A DNA stretch of 64,000 nucleotides from Octopus vulgaris. Taxonomy: Eukaryota. The notes beneath the pieces were generated by a model. The model saw only the letters and a list, made by a program, of their open reading frames with translations. It did no database searches and was not told where the DNA came from. Shown here piece by piece: positions 1-12,643 of the stretch. The stretch lies in NCBI GenBank assembly GCA_951406725.2, contig OX597819.1:131626001-131690000 (forward strand). Reading direction: 5' to 3'. Numbering within the stretch: position 1 is the stretch's first letter; the number at the start of each line of letters is the position of its first letter. Position numbers and translations under genes: made by a program.

Positions 1-409
1 GTCTGGCTACCAAGTTCCATGTGGAAAAGAGAGAGATTCTGTTGAGTTGAGATTATATAGTCAAAATGGCTGCCAGAATACCAGTTTGTGGTCAACATAA
101 AAGTGATGGGGGTGAAAAAAGGGGCGAAAGAATAATAGATCATCTGTTGTATGAGAGGTTGCTACAAACCTCATGTCCTGTGGTTGGAAAGCAAGCTTTT
201 CAACCACACAGCTGCTTCTTTGTTCTCTTTCCTCTCATGTTTCGTCCATGTTGAGAAGTTTGCTTCCCGACCACATAGTTTTAGGTTGAGTCCCACTGTG
301 TGGGACCTTGAGCAAGTCTCTTCTACCATAGCCCTGAGCTGACCAAACCCTTGTGAGTGGATTTGGTAGACGGAAGCTGAAAGAGGTCTGTCATTAGGCT
401 TTAAAAACC

Positions 410-900
410 GCATCTGGTAGTGGGGTTCTGATTCAGGCGTTCCAGGGCTTGGAGGAGAGTGGAACCACCTCTTAACCCCTATTGTTCCCAAGTCTACTCC
501 GACTCGAAATAGTAGCAGTTGTCCAAGTCCCAGCTATGGGCTAACCAGTATATTTAAGGAAGACATTCCATCTGAGTGACTCAGAAATACCCTGGTTGGT
601 GTTGGGATACACAGTACAAGCACTGGGTGTGAGGGACCCGTAGGTGTTGTCACGGCTTCCTTTTAGGGGAAAGACACTAATATAAAACCTAGTTTCATGT
701 GATTACTGGTCGTCTTGCTTTGGACTGTCTCTCGGTTCTAATCACTGAAACTCAGAACAGTGGTATTCGTGTTGTACAAGTGTTTCTCACTATAATCCTA
801 CAGCCTGCAGATGTCGCTTTATGGTCACCTTGTTTCTCATTCCATCCACTGAACGTCCTATAGCTAAGGAAAAGTGGGAACGTATGCAGACCAAACTGGT
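410..900 (+). mobile_element. Probable degenerate LINE 5' region
   Basis: Non-coding, GC-elevated, resembles RTE-type 5' UTR segments (ttaggggaaagacactaatataaaacc); no intact ORF. Confidence 0.25.
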
Positions 901-1224
901 TGGAAGCATGCAGTTAGTTACCACTTTTGTCTGTCAGTTATACTTCAAGCCATGCAGATCTGCAACAGGAATGAATAGTCATCTGTGAGGTCATGGATGG
1001 AAAGTCAGAAATGCCATTGACGATGTGTATGACGATGGCACAATCACCGTATATATGTTTACAGATTATAATATAAATTAAGTGAATGAAAGAAAAATGG
1101 GAATTATATAATCAACTGCATCGGCTTACAGCTTTTTCTGCAATAAGAAGCAGTACACATGGAGCTAGATGCTTGTGTGTCATCTTATAGCTTGCGCAGA
1201 GCCTTTATATGTGTATGAATGTGA

Positions 1225-1545
1225 AGGTGTGTTGATTAGTGGTTAGGGTATTTGGCACACGATTGTAAGGTTGTCACTTTGATTCCTGGTGCCAAATTGT
1301 GTCCTTGAGCAAGACAGTTTATTTCACATTGGCCCAGTCCACTCAGCTGGTGAAAATGAGTACCTGTATTTCAAAGGGGCAAGCCGTGTCACATTCTGTG
1401 TCACACTGAATCTCCTTGAGAACTACATTAAGGGTACATGTGTGTCTGTGGAGTACTCAGCCACATGTATGTTAATTTCACAAGCAAGCTGTTTCATCGA
1501 TCGGATCAACTGGAACACTCATTGTCATAACCCACAGAGTGCCAG
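1225..1545 (+). mobile_element. Old tRNA-derived SINE
   Basis: tRNA-like head (gtggttagggta...ttgattcctgg) then gtccttgagcaag core and ccagtccactcagctg; similar head at 16697-16795. Confidence 0.5.
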
Positions 1546-1805
1546 TTATGTATTATAAATGTGAGTGTGTGTGTGTATTTGTGTCTCCTTGTTTTGACAT
1601 TACGTGATAGCTGTAACTGAGTGTCACTGTCATACAAGCAGTCTCCTTCATTTTCAATATTCTTTCGGAATGTATCTGATCATAGGGAAAATATTACCTT
1701 GCTTGGAAACAGGTGAAAGTTGGCAACAGGAAGGTCATCTTGCCATAGGAAATTTACCTCAATAAACTCCATACAACCTATGCTAGCATAGATGTTAAAA
1801 TTGTA

Positions 1806-1865
<60 letters not shown>

Positions 1866-1866
<1 letters not shown>

Positions 1867-2092
1867 CATCATCATCATCGTTTAATGTCTGCTTTCCATG
1901 CTAGCATGGGTTGGACGATTTGACTGAGGACTGGCAAACCAGGTGGCTGCACCAGGCTCCAATCTTGATTTGGCAGAGTTTCTACAGCTGGATGCCCTTC
2001 TTAACACCAACCACTCCGAGAGTGTAGTGGGTGCTTTTATGTGCCACCGGCATGGGGGCCAGGCCAATCAGGCGGTACTGGCAACAGTCACG
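1866..2092 (-). mobile_element. RTE 3' UTR fragment
   Basis: (ATC)n + gtttaatgtctgctttccatgctagcatgggttgg, homologous to the 3' UTR at 63360-63543; next to (TG)n(TA)n. Confidence 0.85.
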
Positions 2093-2475
2093 GAAAAATC
2101 ACGATTTAAAATTTTTTTTTAATATATATATATGTATGAGGAAAGTTTTGAAAAACACATATATTATGATGTTGATAAATGTAGCAGTAAAACCAATTTT
2201 AACCTTAAACTACAGACAAGCTTCTACGCCAAAAATTTATTAAAGTTGATTATAAAATATTCTGCCATATTAGTATAAGGTTGCTTTTTCCACACAATAT
2301 ACATTTATACATATTAAATAAGTTATCAAAGTGATACAAATATATTAGTTATACAAAATATAAAGAACAAGTCTTATTGTAGAATGGTAAAACATCAGAG
2401 GAATATTGATTATATATCTTTATAGACACCAGCAAAAAACAGCCATTACATTGGTTGTTATTAGTTCTTTTGATA

Positions 2476-2509
<34 letters not shown>

Positions 2510-2585
2510 CTGACCTATATGGCTTTATAAACCAATAGCTGTACATCACTCTTAGTTCAAAAATTTGAAGAAACCAGTCTAGATT

Positions 2586-2780
2586 CTTTTATTCTTTTGT
2601 TTGTTTCAGTCATTTGACTGTGGCCATGCTGGAGTACTGCCATTAGGTACTTTTTCCTTGTAAGCCTAGTACTTATTCAATCGATATCTTTTGCTGAACC
2701 GCTAAGTTACGGGGACGTGAACTCACCAGCATCAGTTGTTTAGTGATGGTGGGGGACAAACACACACACACACACACATA
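2586..2780 (-). mobile_element. tRNA-SINE family A, 3' half
   Basis: gtttcagtcatttgactgtggccatgctggag is the reverse complement of the 3' end of the SINE at 19776-20150. Confidence 0.8.
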
Positions 2781-2786
2781 TATATC

Positions 2787-3940
2787 TATCATCATCATTG
2801 GGTTAGACGATTTGACTGAGGTCTGCCGAACCAGATAGCTGCACCAGACTCTAATCTGATCTGGCAGTGTTTCTACAGCTGGATGCCCTTCCTAATGCCA
2901 ACCACTCAGAGAATGTAGTGGGTGCTTTTATGTGCCACCGGCACGAGGGCCAGTCAGGCGGTACTGGCAACGGCTATGCTCAAATGGTGCTATTTATGTG
3001 CCACCTGCACAGGAGCCAGTCCAGCAGCACTAGCAACGACCTCGCTCAAATGTTTTTTCATGTGCCAGTAAGGCGACACAGGTAACGATCACACTCAAAT
3101 GTTGATTTTATGTGCCACTGGCACGGAGGCCAGCTTGTTGCTCTGGCAACGATCACGCTCGTATAGTACTCTTAGCGCCCCACTAGCATGGATGCCAGTC
3201 ATTGAATTTGATTTTGATTTCAATTTCACTTGCCTCAACAGGTCTTTGCAAGCAGAGTTGAGTGTCCAATGAAGGAAAGGTACGCATAAGTGGGCTGGTT
3301 ACACCCCTTGCGTAGGCCACGAGGTTATGGTCTCACTTGAGCTTGCCGAGTCTTCTCAAGCACAGCATATTTCCAAAGATCCCGGTCACTAGTCATTGTC
3401 TCAGTGAGGCCCAATGTTTGAAGGTAATGTTTCACCACCTCATCCCAGGTCTTCTTGGGTCTACCTCTTCTACAGGTTCCCTCAACCACTAGGGTGTGGC
3501 ACTTTTTCACACAGCTATCCACATCCATTCTCGCCACATGGCCATACCAGTGCAGTGCAGTCGTCTCTCCTGCACACCACATCTGGTGCTTCTTAGATCC
3601 AACTTTTCCCTCAAGGTACTTACACTCTGTCGAGTATGCACACTGACATTACACATCCATCGGAGCATACTGGCTTTATTCTTTGTGAGCTTACGCATGT
3701 CCTCAGCAGTCACAGCTCATGTTTCTCTGCCATGTAGCATTGCTGTTCGTACACATGCGTCATACAGTCTACATTTTACTCTGAGCGAGAGGCCCTTTGT
3801 CACCAGCAGAGGTAAGAGTTCTCTGAACTTTGCCCAGGTTATTCTTATTCTAGCAGCTACTCTTTCAGCGCACCCTCCCCCACTACTGACTTGGTCGCCT
3901 AGGTAATGGAAGCTATCAACTACTTCTAGTTTTCTCCTTG
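2787..3940 (-). mobile_element. 5'-truncated RTE LINE (RT C-terminus + 3' UTR), frameshifted
   Basis: ORFs 3325-3582 and 3507-3713 (WYGHVARMD, GRPKKTWDEVVK) match the RTE copies at 10020-10481 and 62650-63033. Confidence 0.9.
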
Positions 3941-3944
3941 TAAT

Positions 3945-4302
3945 GTGGCTAAGCTTTGGTGGAAGATTTTAATTCAAAACTTATGAAAACAAGACATTTG
4001 TATTACGGAGCCAGAGCTAGTTTCAGCTGGGTTGGTATCAAAAGGGTTAAGAATTGTTTCTCTATTATATATTTTAACCTTTTTCTTATCATATTTCTGA
4101 TGAGATGCTCTGTGTTTCTTTCAATTAATTTTAAATATAACAAAGAATTTAGTAAAATAACTTTGTTATCATTGAGCTAGTGTTAGGAACATAAATTATA
4201 ACTAAGTTTTGGTGGAAGATTTTAATTCAGAACTTATGAAAACAAGACATTTGGATTACAGAGTCAGAGGCAGTTTTAGGTGGGTTGGTATCAAAAAAGT
4301 TT
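3945..4302. mobile_element. Two adjacent piggyBac-type MITE copies (one partial)
   Basis: Homologous to 45963-46183; ends ...ggtatcaaaagggttaa. Confidence 0.7.
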
Positions 4303-4825
4303 AGCAATACATCCCTAGCAAGTGCCATCACTTTCAGATAAAGATTTTGTTTTATGGAATTTCAAATTTTGTCTTGTGTTAGATATCCTGATTCACTCAG
4401 CAAGTGATGTGGCTATCTCAAAGAATTCATACTTGAGTTTTTCTGGTGCAGTGGTTGATGCATTGGTAACTTGTTATTACAATCACAGGCACATATAATA
4501 TGTGCTTCTCAACCACATGGTTCTGGGTTCAGTCCCACTGTGTGGCACCTGGGGCAAGTGTCTTCCACTATAACTTTGGGTTGATCAAAGTCTTGTGAGT
4601 GGATTTGGTAGATAGAAACTAGAAGAATCCTGCCATATATGTATGCATATATTTGTATGTGTTTGTGTTTGTCCTTTACCATCAGGGACAAAAACACACC
4701 ATTGGTTGATGCTGGTATGATTATGTCCTCATAACTTAGTGGTTCAGCAAAAGAGACCGATAGAATAAGTACTAGGCTTACAAAGAATAAGTCCTAGGGT
4801 CAATTTCTTCAACTAACACCCTTTA

Positions 4826-5100
4826 ACATTATTTACATTTCATGGATATTTGTCCTCATCTTGTTTGTTGTTAATACGTTTCGGCTGATATACCCTCCAG
4901 CCTTCAATAATAACAACAGCAACAACATCGAAAATGACCTTAGGAATGAGAACTCAGGTTCAAAATTTCCCCAAGACACCTGATGAAGGCTGAAGGGTAT
5001 ACCAGCCGAAATGTTGTGTTAACAACAAACAAGATGAGGACAAATATCTGTCAAATGTAAATAATGTAGATAATTCCTCATCTCTTAAATATAGAACTGC
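4826..5100 (+). mobile_element. Penelope-like element fragment with inverted terminal structure
   Basis: 4826-4907 is an imperfect inverted repeat of 4984-5067; carries a hammerhead motif; 12-bp target duplication aacaccctttaa (4815-4826) / aacagcctttaa (5101-5112). Confidence 0.7.
4975..5020 (+). ncRNA. Minimal type I hammerhead ribozyme motif
   Basis: gacac-CTGATGA-a-GGCTG-loop-CAGCC-GAAA-tgtt-gtgtt: core boxes, stem II and stem I present; stem III vestigial. Confidence 0.6.
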
Positions 5101-5455
5101 AACAGCCTTTAAAGCAGTGCTCCAGCATGGCTGGAGTCAAATGGCTGAAACAAATAAAAAAAAGAAAAGAAAAGAAATTAGTCCTGGTCTTTGTGATCCC
5201 CTCTTTGATAAGAATATTGGGTGTTGCAGGACTGCGTGAATGAATGGAAAGAATTTGCCTAGATTTTAAAAAAATTGAAGAAAGGCCAATTTGAAAAGTT
5301 GAAAAAAGAGCAATTTCTTGGCCATTTAATGGCAGGAAAGCACCCAATGTCTGTGCTTACCAAAGTGCTCTTGTGAACGATTATTTACATGTTTATTCTT
5401 AACATCTTGCTATTAATGTCCATCCTTGAAATTTGTTTCTTCATCTGAAGTCTTG

Positions 5456-5549
5456 CTACTCACAATCTTGTTTACAATTCCAATAAGTAGTTCTTTGATA
5501 TTTACCATTACCAGATGGAAAGACAGATGTAAGCCACTCTTGGTATGTC
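5456..5549 (-). pseudogene. Candidate terminal exon (TYQEWLTSVFPSGNGKYQRTTYWNCKQDCE*)
   Basis: Strong acceptor ctaatttcatcttctttag (AG at 5551-5550); open frame to TAG at 5458-5456. A gtgagt donor-like site at 5463 and a second open frame make the reading ambiguous. Confidence 0.4.
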
Positions 5550-6324
5550 CTAAAGAAGATGAAATTAGTTCAATCATCATCTGCAGCTGCCAAAGGCTTT
5601 AATTTCAAAGCAAGATAACGCATCAGGTAAAGTGATTTGCTATTCATAGTTTACTCACCAAAGTTTACTTACAAAAAAAGTGTTTCTTTTTCAGTTAGTG
5701 AAATGGCTGCAAAGATATGTCATGTATCAATATTACTTATCAATCAATAAACATTACTTATCAGTCATAAAGATTGCTTATCAATCATAAAGATTGCTTA
5801 TCATTTTTGCTTGCGACTTATATTTCTGATCTGGTTAATGTCTGTATTCAAAGTAGAAGAATTATAGATGCTATATAATAATCAATGACAGGTTTTTACC
5901 GGTTCCTTCATGTATGAAGATATTTATTTAATATTTTTTGTCTTTTATTTCTACATTGGTTATAAAAATATGTTCTTGTTTCTTGTCACCGAGTATCGAT
6001 AAACTAGCTACTTTCACAGAAATTTCTAACTGAAAAGAATTTGTGTTACCAGATACCATAATTTAACAAAATAAAAAAAGAAATTGCAGATAAAATATAA
6101 AAGCAAAACTCAGAAACATTTTCAGACACAAAACTGCAATAATTTTAAAGAAGAGAAAATAATAAAACTTCTCACATGATCTTTTATGATGACAGGTGAG
6201 TGTTATGGCTAAAGTATTGCGTTTGAAGATGACTAGAAAACGGTATATATTTTTTTATTATTACTTTCTTAACATATGACACACACACATGCACACACAC
6301 GTATACACGCACACACACACATAC

Positions 6325-6765
6325 ATCATCATCATCATCGTTTAATGCCCGCTTTCCATGCTAGCATGGGTTGGACAATTGACTGAGGGCTGGCGAACCA
6401 GATGGCTGCACTAGACCCCAATCTTGATCTGGCAGAGTTTCTACACCTGGATGCCCTTCCTAACGCCAACCACTCCGAGAGTGTAGTGAGTGCTTTTTAC
6501 GTGCCAGTCAGGTGGTACTGGCAATGACCTTGTTCGAATCCTTTACACATGCCACCGGCACAGGTGCCAGTAAGGCGATGCTGGTAACGATCACGCTCGA
6601 ATGGTGTCTTTTACATGCCACCAGCACAGAGGCCAGATAGCCGCTCTGGCAATGATCACGCTCGGATGATGCTCTAAATACCCTACTAGCACGGGGCTTG
6701 AGTGCCAGTATTGCGACACTGGTAACGATCACACTCAAATGGTGCGTTTTAAGTGCCACTGGCAC
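6325..6765 (-). mobile_element. RTE 3' UTR fragment with tandem units
   Basis: (ATC)n start and family sequence, followed by several gtgcca...gatcacgctc units. Confidence 0.85.
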
Positions 6766-6869
6766 TTTTATACATATATAAAATATTTGAATGATTGGAA
6801 AAAGAAAAAAACATATTTGTGATTCCATCTAAATGTGAGATGACAGAAAGAAGTCACCAAGTTAGAGAA

Positions 6870-7422
6870 CTACATTCACTCTTTAGTATTTAAACCATTC
6901 CTGTCTGGCCCAAATATTCTACTAGTTTTACATTCAAACTGGCCAGATTTAGGCTCTCATACCTACTCTGCAATGTGGTTCTAAAAATACACAGTCATAT
7001 CATGAAAATCTCAAGTTGTACTCTAATGCACGATTAATTTTCAAAAATTTGAATAAACAAGTATCAAATTTGACAGAGTAAATAATCATCATCATCATCG
7101 TTTAACATCCGCTTTCCATGCTGGCATGGGTTGGATGGTTCAACTGGGGTCTGGGAAGCCAGGAGGCTGCACCAGGCTCCAGTCTGATCTGGCAGTGTTT
7201 CTACAGCTGGATGCCCTTCCTAACGCCAACCTCTCCGTGAGTGTAGTGGGTGCTTTTTATGTGCCATTGGCACAGATGCCAGGTGAGGCTGGCAATGGCC
7301 ACAATCTGTTGGTGCTTTTTACGTGCCACCGGCACGGAAGCCAGTCAAGATGGCGCTGGCATTGGCCACGTTCGGATGGTGCTTTTTATGTGCCACCGGC
7401 ACTGAATGCTAAATGGTTAAAC
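6870..7422. mobile_element. piggyBac-type MITE (family of 41218-41439) interrupted by an RTE 3' UTR copy at 7085-7402
   Basis: Reverse-complement similarity to 41218-41439; ends gaatgctaaatggttaa. Confidence 0.6.
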
Positions 7423-8598
7423 TGAATTTGGTCTTAAATCTTTTAGTTGTCCACTTGTAATGGTATTTCCTAGGGTCGGGCATTCTATTTTCTAATGAGC
7501 TTTGAAAATATAACTTGTGGCAGTAATAAATGATTTAGCTCACAAACAAACAGACCTGGCACTAAAAAATATTCTCTGTCTGGTTTTAAAACTCCACTTT
7601 CAGTGATGTTTTTACTTTCAGCAACCTTCTTGGGGTTTTATGCCTTCGAAAATCAATATAAAAAGTTAAGACTCATTGACCAGCGAAGCTTTTGTATTGG
7701 GAGAAATAACCTAATTCCCATTTGCTGGAAAGTCAATAGGAGAAATGTGAAGAAGTCCTTTGTTGTTTGTCAAGTTCAGGGATCAGTTCATACATGAATT
7801 TCAGATTTCTTTACATCTGATTGCTTATGTTTTTGTTCTCTCTGTCTCTCTCTGTGTCTCTCTCTCTCTCTTTCTATCTGTCTCTCCCTCCCTCCTCCCC
7901 TCCCCATCTGTGTTATACTGAACACCTTCCTTATCTGTCATCACTGTCAGCACCCTGACATATCTACCATAGCCCCTGCTGAGCCATTCCTACATCTCTC
8001 ACCATTGCTGGTTACAATCACCTCCACCTCATCACTAATCTTTTCTCCACATACTCTTGGGGAACTCCCCCCCTCGTCTGTCTACCCCTTCCCACTCACT
8101 GTGTCCAATCCTCTACAATACTTCACTTATATTCACACCCCACTGTATCTTGAAGTTATGCCCCCCCACACACACATTACCACCACCACTACTATCTCTC
8201 TCCTTCTCTCCAACTCTCCCTTCTTTTGCCTCCAACTGGGGCAGCCATGTATCTCCTCTGTAGCAATCCCCTTATCTCTATCCCTGTATTATACCTTAAC
8301 CTCCCATCAACTGGCACAAAGCCCCTCCCAAGGGTTTTTGCCTTGCAATTCACTTGGTGATCCTGCTGATGTTGATATCACAACAAAAGCACCCAGTCCA
8401 TTCTGTCAAGTGGTTGGACTTAGGAAGCACATTCATCTGTTGAAACCATACCAAAGCAGACAATAAAGCTTGGTGCCATCCTGGGGATCGGCAACTTCGG
8501 CCAAACCATCCAACCAATGCCAGCATGGATAATAACAGACATTAAATGATAATGATGAGGATGTTTATATACTTGTGTGTGCGTGCGTGCGTGCGTGC

Positions 8599-8671
<73 letters not shown>

Positions 8672-8673
<2 letters not shown>

Positions 8674-9490
8674 CATCATCGTTTAACATCCATTTTCCAT
8701 GCTAGCATGCGTTGGACGGTTTGACTGAGGACTGGCGAACTAGATGGCTGCACCAGACTCCAATCTGATCTGGCAGAGTTTCTACAGCTGGATGCCCTTC
8801 CTAACGCCAACCACTCCGAGAGTGTAGTGGGTGCTTTTACATGCCACCGGCACAGGGGCCAGTCAGGCGGTACTAGCAACGGCCACACTCAAATGGTGTT
8901 TTTTTTATGTGCCACCTGCACAGGAGCCAGTCCAGTGGCACTGGCAATGACCATGGCAGAATTTCTACACCTGGATGCCCTTCCTAATGCCAACCACTCC
9001 AATAGTGTAGTGGGTACTTTTTACATGCCACTGGTACAGGAGCCAGTCAGGAGGTACTGGCATTGATCACATTTGGATGGTGCTTTTTATGTGCCACCAG
9101 CACAAGAGCCAGTCAGCGGGTACAGGCATCGATTGTGTTCAGATAGTGCTTTTTACGTGCTACTGGCATGGGGCCCAGTCAGGGAGTACTGGCATTGACC
9201 ACATTCAGTTGTTACTTTCTACAAGCAACTAGCATGGGAGCCAGACTTGACTCAACAGGTCTTCTCAAGCATATAATGCCCGATGCATCAGGGGTATACT
9301 TAACAGGGCTGGACGTGTGTGGCTGCGATCTCACTTTAGTTGCCAGGTCTTCTCAATCACAGTGTATCTCCAAAGGTCTCAGTCTCTTGTCCTTGCACTT
9401 CCTCAAACAGCTGTCTTCATTCATACGTAACATATGGCCATACCAGCACAGTCGCCTCTCTTGCACACCACATTTGATGTTTCTTATGCC
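8672..9490 (-). mobile_element. Rearranged RTE 3' fragment
   Basis: 3' UTR with an internal duplication (8957-9030) plus a deleted RT C-terminal remnant (9340-9490); follows (GT)n(TA)n. Confidence 0.8.
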
Positions 9491-9506
9491 CGTACATTAT
9501 ATATAT

Positions 9507-11342
9507 ATCATCATCATCATCATCGTTTAACGTCCGCTTTCCATGCTAGCATGGGTTGGATGGTTCAACTGGGGTCTGGGGAGCCCGAAGGCTGCACCAG
9601 GCCAGTCAGATCTGGCAGTGTTTCTACAGCTGGATGCCCTTCCTAACGCCAACCACTCCGAGAGTGTAGTGGGTGATTTTATGTGCCACCGGCACAGGTG
9701 CCAGACGAGGCTGGCGAACGGCCACGCTCGGATGGTGTTTTTATGTGCCACCGACACAGGTGCCAGACGAGGCTGGCAGACGGCCACGCTCGGATGGTGT
9801 TTTTTTATGTGCCACCAACACATGTACCAGACGAGGCTGGCGAACGGCCACGATCGGATGGTGTTTGTTACGTGCCCACAGCACGGAGGCCAGTCGATGC
9901 GGTACTGATTTGGTTTGATTTTCACTTGCCTCAACAGGTCTTCACAAGTGTCACAAGAAGGAAGGTATGCACAGGTGGACTGACTACGTCCCAGGTAGGG
10001 GCCACAGGTTATGGCCTCACTAGTCTTGCCGGGTCTTCTCACGCACAGCATACTTCCATAGGTCTCGGTCTCTAGTCATTTCCTTGGTGAGACCTAAAGT
10101 TCGAAGGTCGTGCTTCACCACCTCGTCCCAGGTTTTCCTGGGTCTACCTCTTCCACAGGTTCCCTCAACTGCTAGGGTGTAGCACTTTTGCACACAACTA
10201 TCTTCAGCCATTCTCGTCACATGACCATACCAGCGCAGCCGTCTCTCTTGCACACCACAACTGATGCTTCTTAGGTTCAACTTTTCTCTCAAGGTACTTA
10301 CACTCTGTCGATTATGAACACTGACATTACACATCCATCGGAGCATACTGGCTTCATTTCTTGCGAGCTTACGCATGTCCTCAGCAGTCACGGCCCATGT
10401 TTCACTACCATGTAGCATGGCTGTACGTACACATGCATCATACAGTCTGCCTTTTACTCTGAGCGAGAGGCCTTTTGTCACCAGCAGGGGTAAGAGCTCT
10501 CTAAACTTTGCCCAGGCTAAACTTTCAGCACCCCCACCCCCGCTAAACTTTCAGCACACCCACCCCCGCTACTGACTTGGTCACCTAGGTAGTGGAAGCT
10601 ATCAACTACTTGTAGTTTTTCACCCTGGAACATGGTAGACGTTGGTCTCTGCACATTTTCAGTGTTTATTGCTCCTGAGCATCTGCCACAGACAAAAACT
10701 ATTTTCCTAGTTAGCCTTCCTTTGACATTGCTACACCTCTTATGTGTCCATAGCTTGCACTTGGTGCACCTTATAGAGTTTCTACCTACACCTTTTTTAC
10801 AGATCAAGCAGGGCCATCTACCTGAAGGCATTTGTGACTTGTCTACTTTTCTACTTATTAGGACTTTGGTTTTTGCTAGATTATCTACCCATTTCACAGC
10901 GATAAGTATACCCACGCCACCAACCCCGTCAGTGTTCCCTGCCCAGAAAATCTTGTACCTGTGTTCCTTGCCTGTGAGGAACCTAGCAGATCCTCCTCTC
11001 CACCTTATTTCTTGCATGCAACATACATCAACACATCTCCGTTCAAGCATCTCGACTATCTCGCCAGACCTACCTTTCAGTGTGCCAACGTTGAGGGTGC
11101 CCACCCTGAGGGTATGGAAGGTATGGGCCCTAGAGGCCCAGGGACGGGGAGCAGTGGCGTCATGTACCTGAAAAGAAGAAAGCTCGCATTTGGCAGAATT
11201 CATAAGCAAAGCAATGATCTTAAGTTCAACCTGCTACACCACACTATCATGTTTTGCGCCGTATAGTCACCACCTTATATAGTAGGGGTGGTATTGGCTT
11301 AAGGCCTTTAGGTGTTCATGGAAGAAAAGCAAAGGAAGACTA
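9507..11342 (-). mobile_element. Internally deleted RTE LINE retaining both ends
   Basis: APE endonuclease N-terminus (GTLNVGTL, DVCCMQEIRW, GVGGVGIL) fused in frame to LAKTKV-PHD-YLG, then RT C-terminus (10020-10481), tandem 3' UTR and (GAT)n tail. Confidence 0.92.
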
Positions 11343-11344
11343 TA

Positions 11345-11843
11345 ATCAAAAATCAAAATCGATCAACATGAATGGAAATTGTAGCTGTGATACCAGTGCT
11401 GGTGGCACATAAGAGGACCATCCGAACGTGGCCGTTGCCAGTGCCGCCCTGACTGGCTTCCGTGCCGGTGGCACGTAAAAAGCACCATCTGATCGTGGCC
11501 GTTGCCAGCCTCGCCTGGCCTCTGTGCCGGTGGCACGTAAAAAGCACCATCCAATCATGGCCGTTTGCCAGCCTTGCCTGGCCTCCGTGCCGGTGGCACG
11601 TAAAAAGCACCATCCAACCGTGGCCGTTTGCCAGCCTCATCTGGCACCTGTGCCAGTGGCACGTAAAAAGCACCCACTACACTCATGGAGTGGTTGGCAT
11701 TAGGAAGGGCATCCAGCCGTAGAAACATTGCCAGATCAGACTGGGCCTGGTGCAGCCTTCTGGCTTCCCAGACCCCAGTTGCACCGTCCAACCCATGCCA
11801 GCATGGAAAGCGGATGCTAAACGATGATGATGATGATGATGAT
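11345..11843 (+). mobile_element. RTE 3' UTR copy, head-to-head with the previous element
   Basis: Five ~60-bp units, terminal family sequence and (GAT)n tail. Confidence 0.9.
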
Positions 11844-11849
11844 ATATGA

Positions 11850-12240
11850 ATGATAGCTAGATTGGCCTTCATACGGGTAAGAAGGAATAAACATCCCTTT
11901 GTGCTTCATCCAATAATGCAGCATCAGCTGATGAAATGAATCGATGATGATGATCAACCAGACGCCCACGGATAATATGGACTATATTGTACTCATCCCA
12001 AGGATATGGACTTTGATGTCAAAATCATCTGATCTCTGGAAATGTGCACAGCAATGTCTTAAAGATTTATAAATTCCATCTTGGTATTATTGTTATTGCA
12101 TTTATCCCACATTATACTGGCATAAGCATGATGCAATCCCGAAAATCTGACCCATTCATCAGTATTATTAAATGGTAGACGGCATAATGAAATAGGAGCT
12201 TTATTTGCATACCTCTAACATTACCTAAACAAATTTGAAA
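11850..12240 (-). pseudogene. Coding-like segment of the same degraded gene
   Basis: YANKAPISLCRLPFNNTDEWVRFSGLHHAYASIMWDKCNNNNTKMEFINL/LRHCCAHFQRSDDFDIK/SPYPWDEYNIVHIIRGRLVDHHHRFISSADAALLDEAQRDVYSFLP after restoring one base in each of two short homopolymers. Confidence 0.5.
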
Positions 12241-12254
12241 GATGTATGTATATA

Positions 12255-12640
12255 TCATTATCATCATTGTTTAACATCCACTTTCCATGCTGGCATGGGT
12301 TGGACAGTTTGACTGAGGACTGTTAAGCCAGAAGGCTGCACCAGGCTCCAATCCGATCTGGCAATGTTTCTACAGCTGGATGCTCTTCCTAACACCAACC
12401 ACTCTGAGAGTGTAGTGGGTGCTTTTTACATGGCACCAGCACAGGTGTCAGTTAGGCAGATCTGGCATTGATCACATTCAGATAGGGCTTTTTACGTGTC
12501 ACCGGCATGGGAGCTAGTCACTGGGTACTGGCATCGGCCACATTCAGATGGTGCTTTTTACATACCACTGGCACAGGAGCCAGTCAGGAAGACCTGGCAT
12601 CGACCACATTTGGATGGTGTTTTTTACGTGCCACTGACAC
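12255..12640 (-). mobile_element. RTE 3' UTR fragment
   Basis: Family sequence and tandem units. Confidence 0.8.
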
Positions 12641-12643
12641 ATA

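Larger units (their letters stand above)
4490..5170 (+). mobile_element. tRNA-SINE family A interrupted by a Penelope-like insert
   Basis: B-box-like ggttcagtccc and gggcaagtgtctt core; the 3' end resumes at 5101 after the insert. Confidence 0.8.

Noticed and set aside
11210-11342. HDV-like ribozyme at the RTE 5' end
   Set aside because: Known for some RTEs, but I could not find the nested pseudoknot pairings by eye.
11875-12000. RGS-, CAP- or sulfotransferase-like motifs in the relic peptide (DEAQ..VY, VGCG, VHIIR)
   Set aside because: Short matches without the surrounding family signatures; no name assigned.
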